Made by a program: the position numbers and the translations under genes. A stretch of 64,000 nucleotides of DNA, from positions 1 to 64,000 of the forward strand of contig DF237230.1 of the NCBI GenBank assembly GCA_000708835.1. The letters run 5' to 3'. The stretch is from Klebsormidium nitens. Its lineage: Eukaryota; Plantae; Klebsormidiophyceae. Shown here piece by piece: positions 34,851 through 45,563 of this stretch (its first letter is position 1; each line of letters starts with the position of its first letter). The notes under the pieces are model-generated. The model did not search any database. It was not told the DNA's origin and saw nothing but the letters and a program-made list of their open reading frames with translations.

Positions 34851-36411
34851 CCAGCGCCGCAGGAGCGCTTTCGCCTCCTTTGACGTGGGGTCCAGTTTGT
34901 CGTCATTCAGTCGCCGGATGGTGGGGAAGATGACGACAGCCGTGTACGGAATGACGGTCGCCAGGAGGCCGCCCGCGAACCACCAGACGCGGCCGCCGCC
35001 CGCGGCCGCCGCGAGGGCCGCGGCCGCGGAGCCGATCAGCGCGAGGGCGATCTGGTGGTGAGGGAAGATAGATTGTGAGGATGCTCGGCAGTCTCTGGAA
35101 AGGTGATCCGCAGGTTAGGCGATTACTGAGGTCTGAAAGACAGCAGGTGAAAACCAAGTCCGATACAGGTCCAGAACACAGTTTTTGGACGTTCCCGTTT
35201 GAGCCAGCCAGAAGTGGAGATAGAATGGACAAGGTGATGACATGTTACGTGCCACGATTATAGCTTTGAAGACATTCATTGAGAGATGTGAGAGCACGCC
35301 ACTTCTACCACCGGACAATCCAAGATCCTGGGACAACGCGCTCCCGCAAAACGCCGGACCCGATAAAAAGCTCAGAAGAAGGGATGGGACGCTGTGCGCT
35401 GTAGATCTAGAAGAAGGTGGATCTAAGACGCTGTCTGAAATGGTTAGCTACAAGAACTTACAGAGATTCAGACTCCTTCGCCCGCCTCGACGCATCTTGG
35501 CAAGACGATTATTGGACATGAAGATGGTGTTGAATATGAAAGAAGCAAGACGTACCTCTATGAGCAGTTTTAAGCCGTAGTCAGAACGGTGAACATGGTC
35601 ACAAGCAGCCTGAGACAGGCCAATCACAAGCAGGCCAATGATTGAGACATCAAAACGCTTCAACCAGAAGTTGGGATTGTGGCAACTCCCTTGTCTCGTT
35701 AGGGGCTTGTCTCCGAAAGTTCATTGGCCGGGGGACGGGTAGGGTTAGTTTGGTGGGTAGGGGTGCGGAGCGCGTAAGCTTTTGGGTTAGGTTTTTTATT
35801 TGTGGTGCCCGGGGCTTCTGCATCTTAAGAGACAAGCCCCTAACGAGACAAGGGAGTTCCCAATATGAAGTTGGGAACGCTTCGACGGAGGCGCGGCCGG
35901 TCCGCGTGGCCAGCCAGCACACTCTGGCGAAGAAATTTTGAAAGAGACCCCAGTTTTGATTACTAACTTTTTCTGAGTGTGAATTTCCACACGATGATAG
36001 GCACGTACTCTGATAAGCGGCTCGGCGTTGCCCACCTGCATGAAACAGGTGAAGAAACAGTACAAAACTGTATAACGTTACTCTAAATCCCCAGATAGAA
36101 TGAAGAGTACACACTCTGGTGCTTGGCTCGACGTGGCCAACGCGCACGACTCATCCGGACGCAGAGCACTCGCATAAGCCCCAAAGTTCTCAAAACCAAA
36201 CTTTCTCAACTCCCACAAAAGAGCAACATAGTCCGATATCGGCTCCAACCTGCATGAGCCTGGCGGCGTCGAAGTTGGTCCGCCAGTAGCTGAGCGCCTG
36301 GTTGGTCGGCAGCCGCTCCATCACCGGCCGCTGCACCACGCTCACGAACAGCGCCGCGCCCGCGAACAGCCCGGCCGCCAAAATGGCCACGATCTGCAGC
36401 GCCTGTAACAT
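34782..36411 (-). CDS. DUF1772 / anthrone-oxygenase-like membrane protein, 2 coding exons
   Basis: Exon 36250-36411 encodes MLQALQIVAILAAGLFAGAALFVSVVQRP...YWRTNFDAARLMQ. Exon 34782-35051 encodes IALALIGSAAAAL...LATVIPYTAVVIFPTIRRL...LLRRWYELHAFRTVVS...AAR*. The context tgttacag|gcg could instead be an acceptor for an upstream first exon near 37300. Confidence 0.85.
35677..35866. mobile_element. 190-bp foldback/MITE with a possible 10-bp TSD, in the DUF1772 intron
   Basis: Inverted arms 35684-35713 and 35829-35858 (aactcccttgtctcgttaggggcttgtctc and its exact reverse complement). The direct repeat gaagttggga flanks it at 35667-35676 and 35867-35876. Confidence 0.65.
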
Positions 36412-37200
36412 ACGAGACGGGAAAATAATGAGCGCGTGTGGGGACTGCAGACAGCTCATATTTCGTAAAAGTAGCGTTCAAAAAGTGTTACGCAACATTC
36501 AGGAACAGCGCCGCGCCCGCGAACAGCCCCGTCGCCAAATGGCCACAATCTCAGAGGGCCTGCGGTCAAAAGTTTTGGGAATTGAGCGCTTATAATGAGC
36601 GCTTATAAGATTCGCAGACACTTGACTTGTCTTTGAACATCTGATAGGCCTTTTGCAGCAAGCTCACGAACAGAGCCGCGCCCGCGAACAGCCCGTGTCT
36701 CCAAAACGGCCACGATCTGCAGCGCCTGCAGCCATACGAGATGGGAGACTCGAGCGGTTAGAAGCCTGAGATATGAGCAGACCTCACGTGTGCAGACAAG
36801 TGACATTTCGCTGCAATTCTTATAATTCTCTGCACAAAACACGAAGAAGTGCCGCGCCTGCGAAGATCCGGTCTCCAGGAAGCGACGAAGGCAGCGCCTG
36901 CCACCATAAGCTATGGATGCTGTCAGTGCTCAAAACTCTCTCCGGGGTGTTAAAACGAAGGTTTTTAAGGTATGTAAAGTGCGCCGCGCCCGCGAACAGC
37001 CCGCTCGCCAGGATGGGCGACCATCTGCACTACCTGCACCCATAAGGGATGAAGTGTTGCGAGCGCTTATCATCGCCACACGTAGAAAGTGCGTCTTTCC
37101 TTCGCCGCTTGGACGTTGCGCTCGTGGCAAGCTGCGCGCCCGCGAACTGGCCGGTCGCCAACTTGGCCTTGATTTGCAGCGCATGCATCCATACGAGATG
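36340..37200 (-). repeat. Six 132-176-bp degenerate tandem copies of the DUF1772 first coding exon start
   Basis: gccgcgcccgcgaacag-like cores at ~36364, 36521, 36686, 36862, 36994 and 37144, each with the flanking gatctgcagcgcctg...catacgaga motif in variable decay. Confidence 0.9.
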
Positions 37201-40200
37201 GGAGTCTCAAAATCAGAATTTATACGTCTTTCTCAGGTAGAGTATGCTTCTTAATGCGTGCAATTTGCGTCCGTTTGAGACGCGCCTTGCGCGCGCGGTC
37301 AGCATGGTCGTTCGTGATGGCCAGGACTGTGGCGCCTGAATATAGAAGAGGTCGACCGTTCTGATCGAATGCGTATATCAATTTCGAGTAGGGAGTTTTC
37401 TAACACGATTGGGCTGACCGAAGGAGTTTGCGTTGATCACTTGATCACCACAACGACCTGCACGGTTCGAGGCCACGACCTTCAGTGCCGCAATTGTAAG
37501 AGCTGGACAACTTTGGATTGTAAGATAAGAATATGACAGGTCGTGCTTAGAGCGACAAAGAGAGTGAGGCATCTTGCGCCAATCCAACTGACCCATTTCT
37601 GCGCTTGATCAATAATCTGAACAAGAGGTTCTATGAGGTTGATATGCACACAGATCAAGTTCTTCATCCGAAACCTTTAATCAGGTAAAAGTGAAGGGAC
37701 AGCATCACACGTACACATGCCTTAAAAGTCAGAGCATTCCAGTAAATTGATAGGAAACGGACTCCTCAAAGCAACCAATTCAATCTCAACCCTGTTTTCA
37801 GATTATGGATTCCTGCAACCGTTTGAACAGGCTCCAAAGATAGTCCATGGTCTCCTGACGGCATTCCTTCATGACACATACACGTCAGGTTCAAAGACAG
37901 CGTGCATGGCAGTCTACGACCATCAGCTCTCAACACGAAGGGGCGGATTATAGAAGTCTCACTCAGGAAAAAATAGCTCGCCCGGAAAGCTCGGCAGTCA
38001 AGGGCACTTGTGTCAGACACGATGAACGGGGCCTTTGAAGATGTCACCCCAAGGATCTCACTTTTTCCTTCATAAGCATCGGACCTTGTTCTCAGTCTGG
38101 CGCTCAACTTAATTGAGATGCGGGCTCCTTTTGACCTGCCCAGAATCATGCATTGAGGCAATGCAATCGGTTCAAAAGAGGTGGGGGCTTACCGCCGTGA
38201 TTGCATGCGCCGGAAAACTAGTAATCCCCATGATCAAAATCCGCGCCGCTAAGCGAGTCCAAGTCCCTGATTCACAAAGGCCGTTGCGGCCGTCTCCGAG
38301 ATTCCTTATCCCGAGCCTCCGCTGCAAAACCGGTGCACTGTTTGAGGAGAAGCTTGTTCCGTTTCTCTGCCTTTTGCAGGGAACAGAATAGCTCCCGCAC
38401 TTTTTCACCACTAGGAAAAGAGCATCGATATCTGCAACAACATTCGTGCGCAGCCAATCAGCTCAGCCTGTCAAGGAAGGAGGCTAAAATTCAAAATCCG
38501 AACTCTCTTGATATGATTAGAACTTAAGCAGGGGATAGCATGAGAGTTTGGTCGCGGCTTGCTTGCAAATGTCCTTGCCAACTCGTGGATCTTCGAACGC
38601 TCAAAACAACTTCTTCGACGCCGGAAGCGGGTAGACTCGTCGCTTCAAGAAGCAACTGACCTCAAGGCAATGATGCTCTCCCCATGCAAGCGAATTTACT
38701 GTTGAATGGATCCGACTTCCGATTTCGCACCTGACGATCTTACGAGAGCGAACACAGCAGCGGTGTGCATGCACAGGGCGTCAAGATGATGTCACCAGGC
38801 TTGGACGGTGGAATCGCGCGTCGCGCGCGGTCGCGCGCGGATCTACGACGTCTAAACCCTGGACTTTCCTGTTGGGCTTCGCGGTCGCACCACGCGGGCC
38901 GGGGGCCTGATTTCACTAGCTTGGGCGCCGTACCAGGACGTCCTTGACGTTTTTCAATCACGAAGGTGCGTTTGTGGTGCACACCGGCCAGCGTTCACTT
39001 GAGCAACTTAGCTAGAATCAAGAATGCGAGCCGTTGGACCCCGTTATATGGTTGGCGGCCGCGAAGATCCGATCAACGTACGTCAAGACGTACGTCCTGA
39101 TCAATTGCAGTGGATCCAGACACCGTCCAAACCGAAAGTCTCTTGTTTGAAGACCAATTGAGTTAAATAAGCTTATCACGTCCCCATGTACTAAGCGAGT
39201 GGCGGGCCGACAAAGCCATTAACGTACAGCGCGCGGCATGGCGTCCTGGGGAAGGGTGCGCCGGTCAGTGCCACATGGTTATCTGGGGCAACTAAAACGC
39301 TGCACGGGCGCTGGTTGCTCGATCAGCCGCAAAGGAACTTCCGAGTTGATTGAATGCGCGACAGAAAAGATACCTGTTGGACTTGAGCGGCCGCTGCATG
39401 CCAAAAAACAGATAGGGCTGCGCGGGATCAGTAGTAGCGGACAGGATCGGACGCGACGCGGACGTGACGGGAGCTGCCAGGGAGCAGGCTTCACGTACAC
39501 GAATGCCATGCTCCTTTACGATCAGATCCAGAGCCATCGAAGACAGTCTGAGTCACGAAGTGAATGCATGTACAAGCAACGTGCTCTCAGGAAAGTTAAG
39601 TTACTAGGTATAATAGTGCGCTAATTGCACTTGCTCGATCAATCATGATCTAGATATAATCTCTATACATCAGAAGTTGCAAGAAGGGGTCCGGACTGAA
39701 ATGAAAGCCTGGCGGCCACAAACGGCTGGGCGGCCGGGCGGCCCATAAAATCGCAACATGGGCGTGCAAGATTCGGGTTGGAAAAAGAATTGCGTGGGTG
39801 CACCAAAACAAGTAAAGGAAGGATTGTATCTGCGATTGTCCAGAGGTTGCTCACCAATGTTTTTGACGACGAAGCCAGCAAGTACTGGACTCAAATTCAC
39901 ACCTAGAGCTCCAGCTTAGTCCTTCGCAGAGGACGAGCTTGCTTTCCTACTTCCATACAATTTAAAGAATTTTCCTACAGGGTAGAGACAGCGCGAAGAA
40001 AAGTGGCTGCCCAAAACCCAGAAGATCTAGCAGCCACTGTCTAACCCCCGGGGTCTTTGAGTGTCCTTCGAAGTGCGATCAGTCTGCTCGAAAGTGGGCT
40101 TAAAGCTTCTGTTCCCGCATCGATCTCCGTCTCTCCCAAAGTGCACCACACTTTTGACTATCAAAAGTCGTCCACTTCGCACCCACGTGTCTGAAGCTCC

Positions 40201-40269
40201 AACTCTGAACACCACGGTCGACTTTGACCACCACGGTCTCTACTCTGACGTCATTGACGGAAGATCCAC

Positions 40270-43200
40270 CTACACAAAGTCGACGAAGCGGCTGCAGCTA
40301 CTGCGCGCGCGGGCGCCCCTCCTCTTTTTGACGGGCCTCCCGCCCCCCGTTATCTCCTCAAGGCTCCTAAACTTCCGCTCCAGAATCTCTCCTTTTCCCC
40401 CGGTCGCCATTTCGCTACTGAGCCCCGACTCGCAGCTGCTGCCCCCTGGGCTGCCAAGTTCCATATTCCGCTTCTGTCCGAATTGGGCGATGTGGGTAAA
40501 TCTGGTGTTAACCGTGTCCGAGCCACCGGCAGAGCTCTCTGCGTTGACACTCTCCGGACTCGGGCAGTCGAGGAAAAATACTTCGTCGCTGACGTCCGAC
40601 ATGGGAGGGGAGCTGTCACCGTCTTTTTGACTCCCAATCTTTCCACCGACGAAGTTGGTTTCGACGTCTGTTATGACTGACGCAGGGCTCGAAGGGGATG
40701 GCTTGGGGATGACGTCAGCGAAGTGCTCGGTAGAAGCGACCGGGGGAGCGACAGCAGACGGTTTCAAGGCACTTGGAGTGGTCGGGAGAGCCCTCCGGGT
40801 GGCGACCAGATAGTGAGCGACGGACTTGTAGCCCTGGTCGAGGGCCTGGAAAAAGGAGAAGGATGAATACTAGACAATCTATCAATAGGACCTAGTTTAT
40901 GGCTAGTTACCCACACCTTCTCGGAAATGATGAGGTCACTAGATAGTGGGCGACGGACTGGTAGCCCTGTTCGAGGCCTGGGCAAAATAGGAAAAATCAG
41001 CGCGAGACTCTGCCTCTAACGAATGTTCGTTACGGCTAGCTACGCACCCTTTTAAAGACCCTTTCATGTTCCTTTTCGAAGGAGCATCAAGACCTGGGCA
41101 AAGTTGAGAAGGTGGACGTCTTGCAAAGGCGGACAATGCAGTGACTACCGATCGGCCCAAAGGAGCGACGCTTCAATAAAAACCAAGGCTTCTGAAAGCA
41201 GCGGGTAGCCTCGGAAAGCCCACCACGCATCTTTGGCTTTGCGGAGGGGGAGAGTACAGAATCAATTTCTCGATCGGGCTGATAGGAAGGGTATCGTCCA
41301 GCCGGCCAACAGATATTGGCGACTCCCTTCCGACGAACTGAAGTGTGAATATGCTCGATCTGGTCCATCTCGTTTTTGTTAGGCTCCCGAGCACGTGTAA
41401 AGAGGGACCGAGCTGACTTAAAAAGCGACATTGGGTTGGAACGATGGAGGCGGCTTCAGAATATCAGAAATTTTTGTACCAATCCCAAGGAAAATCAAAA
41501 AGATTTGAGACGTGGTCGGCTCACCGTTCGGTAGAGCTGTCCGGTCGGACCCCAGCCCTTGCGGTTTCGGCAGATGCTGCAGTTGCACAGGTCCCTGCGC
41601 AAGTATTGTTGACGTCAGCATTTGCTTGTTCGTTTTTGGAAAGACAAGATGCTGTCGATCGACTCTGCCGGCATAGACTGTGCATGATCAACTGCATCTA
41701 AACCGGTCAGGTTTTAGGACAAAAGGGACTCTTCCGTCGACAACTTTTCGCAAGACATGGCCATGCTTCAAGTGGTTTGCATTAAGACGGTTGAGATGCC
41801 TTAGAACAAGAGTGGCAAGGCTTCTCGAACGACCACTTTGGGGGAAAATTCCGTACACAGGGGCAGGAACGAGAAGGGCGTTTCAAGATACGAAAAGTGC
41901 GCGAATTGACACATCAACAAGACCTTTTGGAACTGCCGTGGCAACACGAAGTCTATGAAAAAGGTCAAACGTCGCCAAAGCTGCAGCCTTCGAACCAAGA
42001 CGACTCCTCGTTTCATCACCAAGTTATACACAAAGTTGAGGTGGACACGCACAAAGAAGAAAATGCTCGATGATAGAAGGGACTGACGGGATGACCAAAA
42101 GAAGGGAAAGAAGAAGCTAGGAGGAGACAAGCCCACTAATAATGTAAAGAAAGAGCATGACCGTAAGCGGGTCCGACCTGCAAGATGGGCAGTTCCACTC
42201 CGGGTTCGCATTCACCTCCAGGATATTCTCACCATACCTGCAAGTCAGAAAGGGTTTATTCAGCGGACTGTCACTCAAGTGCCGTCAACTCCTGGGAGGA
42301 ATTTACGGTCCATCGGTGAGTGGTCCAAGCATGGCAGAGGAAACATCAAGCAGACTGAACTGAATAATCAGTTTTCCGAAACTGATGCATGTCTTAAGCT
42401 TCGAGGCCAATAGACAATGAGCGACGGAAATCTCTGCAGTCCTAAGCTTAAGTTCAACCAACCACAAAAGCTTCAGTCGAATCTTGTAGCATGACACTCA
42501 TGAACATGACCGTTTGAGATGACCTTACAAGTCGCCACGCCTGCGAACATGTCAGGCATTTCTGGGATGCTCGGCCAGCACCCTGAATCAAATAGTCTTA
42601 GTACTCCAGACTGCTGTCCCTATCTGATACCCCACACATGACAAGTACTCGTTAAAGAGTCGCACTCACCTCATGTACAGGCAGTCCCCACAGAACTGGC
42701 CGTTCAGCGACTCGCAGCCATTGCACCATGTGCGCTTCCCCAAAGTCTTCTGCCTGCGCTCACAGATGATCGGCTGTCCTGTCAATATAGTTCCGGCAGC
42801 TGCTTTTTGCAGCTCGTTCAAAGCTGTGCATCCCTCTACCGGGCAGAGAAGGATGAGGCACAGAGGCTGCAAGACCCATTCTCTCACTGTGCTTTCTGTC
42901 CAAGGTACAGGTTGTCGCAAAGTCGCTGAAGTGTTTGAGGGCCTTAAGCTAGAATAAGAACAAAAATGTTCAAGATCAGACTCCCATTGCAGACACATCA
43001 GTTGAATGGGAAGGAACCGCTCTGTCTTACCTGCACTGGTGGCACGTCTTCCCCTGCACTGTATCATACACTCGCGTCCCTTCCTCGGTATACCCGTCCT
43101 GAAATAGAACCCATTCCTCCTGACACTCCCCAAGCGCATCTTCGTGCTCGTCAGTGTACAGCTCTGGCCCGTAAGATGCTCGGACGGGTTGCTCCGCTGA

Positions 43201-44814
43201 GGCCCTTTTGCGCCTGCCCCCCTTCTTGGGCTCCGGACCGTCGATCAGGCGGACGTCTTGCTCGGAGAGCTCCTTGTAGACCACGACGTTCTTGCCCCCG
43301 ACCCTGAAGGAGCGGAGAAAAGATTGTAGAATTTGAGGCTTTTAAGTTTGTTCTGGGGGGCAATGTGGGCTTAGGTACAAAGGACCTTTGCTTGATAGTG
43401 CTGATCCTGAGCTAGGTCTTCATACAAAGGCCATTGCTAGTAACCTTCTTTCTACCAGCAACAAAGAGGTTACGGGTGTAAGGCTTTGAGAGCTTTTGTT
43501 GGGCGCTATCAAGAACTCCTCAGTCCTTATCTGGGCACTTATCAGAGAAGTCGCCAGTAAAGCGGGTTCAGAGCAAGCAATGAACACCCTATGACCGAAA
43601 ACACTCAAAATCCTCCGAGTTGAGGTCCATATCGAGCTCAGATCATTGCCTACTCCAATTTCAGAAGTTGAGACTCTGCATGCCCCGTCGACGACATTGC
43701 TATTGCAACTGACGTACTCTACTTTCCGTGATTCCCAAGGCTCCCTAGAAATGACATTTTTGAACACCGTCTCCAATGCAATGTGCCTGTCCCTTCAATT
43801 CAGAGTCATTCGGCTTCCTCCCTGCTCCTCACCTGCTTGATCTTCTGGTTGGACGAATTGGCGCAGGCGCCGCCACCTTCCTAGGCCCAGGGTTGCGCCG
43901 AGGCACTCTACTGGTGCTCATCGCTCTATCTAACTTCCGTACAGCATCATCGACCCCCAGGCTTTCCAAGAATTGCCTACGGAACATAGTGAGAAAGTGA
44001 AGAGACTTAGCAAGGGCTACTCAGCGTGGTAAAAGGTGGTCGAGCGTATAGTAGGCCGATGGTCAACACGGTGAAGCTTGCTGCGTTGACATATTGACGA
44101 GAGTTGAGAAGGCCTGCAGTATTCCAGTGAACCTGTGGAGTCTACCAACTGCTTGGTCCTGCAAGGATTGCCTGGGAGGGGCACTGAGAAAGCGACATCT
44201 TTAAAAGTTGCTCTCCGTAGAAAGAATCCTCTTCACAGTAGGCAGGTCTGATTCTTTTATGGTCATCCATCAGCAGTAATCCCGAGTCTGATTTCACTTG
44301 GGATGACAGCAATCAATCCCAACAGAAGCAGCAGTGGTTACTGGGAAGTAAGCTCTCAAGTCCAGAGAAGATGCAGACAGAGCTGAACAGGATTGGTTTC
44401 TATGAGATGAGCCTGTTTGTGCATAGGCAGTCTACAAAGATGAAATTCACCGGTCAATGTGGTATGGACGTCTGAAAACAGAATGCACAATTGACACTAA
44501 AGCCAATCAAAAAGAAGCTACTTCTTGACCAGTGGTCAAACAGTATTGCATGACAGCGGGGATGATGTCTAGTCTGAGTTGTTCTAAGAAAAAAGCTAGG
44601 GTAAGGCAGTGGGGCTTGTCCAACTCATTGCATTGATCGGCAAGCAAACCCCAAACCAATCCGTGCAGGATTACTAGGAGGTTCATGATCTCATGTTACT
44701 CAATCCGTTGCACAGCACATATTGATCTTCCAGCTGTCGCGCTTGTGGCGCTTACCTGTTTGCCTCCATCTTGGTCAACCGCTCCAGCTCGTACGGCGTC
44801 AGTGGAGCCGCCAT
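40270..44814 (-). CDS. CDCA7: CDCA7-like zf-4CXXC_R1 zinc-finger protein, 7 exons
   Basis: Frame-consistent exons: 44756-44814, 43833-43976, 43031-43303, 42670-42753, 42178-42237, 41525-41594, 40270-40845. They encode YELERLTKMEANRQFLESLG, YDTVQGKTCHQCRQKT, CNGC, FCGDCLYMRYGEN, WNCPSCRDLCNCSICR, GWGPTG and GYKSVAHYL. Confidence 0.9.
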
Positions 44815-45563
44815 TGTTCCAAATGCACCGACTTCTCAGTCTCGTAGGGGCCAAAAAGGCGGACCTGGTGCCAATGCACAACCACTAACGAAAAGAATGC
44901 GCCTGCATTGTGTGCTGCTCACAGTTTCACAGAGCAACGGCAGGAAACTGCAGTGGCTGAGTCCCTGCATTGGAATCCCTTGAAGTATGCCAGCGTGGCA
45001 GCGAGGCCCCGCTCCTCTTCGGGTCACATCATCCCCATCCTTTTTTGAACAATATACCGGGCATGGTGTTGCACAACTCGTAGAGGAGACGGCGCGCAAA
45101 CTCGCAACGCTTCCCGCCATTTTCTGCTGAAACTCTCTGCTCTGGCCGGTAGAGAAGCCCGGCCAGTCGGCTGCTCCGCTCAGTCAGATGACTCAGTTAT
45201 TGTGACGCGCTCGGTAGCTCGGTGCAAGCTCCCCAGGCCCTGTTGTGCACTTTCGGACGGCCCGAAAAGTTCAAGGAAATGTCTCACTTTCTCTGCGTCC
45301 AATGCGGACGAAAAAGCATGACATCAGCATTCAATGGGCGCAAGGTTCGACTGAGCATGCTGCTGATGTGGTGATGCTAGCAGCATTTCTCCCTTTTCAA
45401 CTGAGAATTCCACAAGAGCGCTGGACCTTCACAATTCCTCTTTTATTGGAAGCTCAGATCAGTTGCGCTGGCCCCCTTTTGCTGGCCCGCTCTTGGAAGA
45501 CACTTCCAGCTCCTTAGGAGGCATTTTGAGCAGGCAGCAATTAGAGAGTCCCAGAAACTCAAG
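44815..45563. promoter_or_regulatory. Probable bidirectional promoter between the CDCA7-like and aminopeptidase P genes
   Basis: The divergent ATGs at 44814 (-) and 45564 (+) are 749 bp apart. No individual elements were assigned. Confidence 0.5.

Noticed and set aside
37378-39900. ORFs of 60-130 codons between DUF1772 and CDCA7
   Set aside because: No consistent splice chain, codon bias or motif was found, so they are left unannotated. A decayed gene cannot be excluded.
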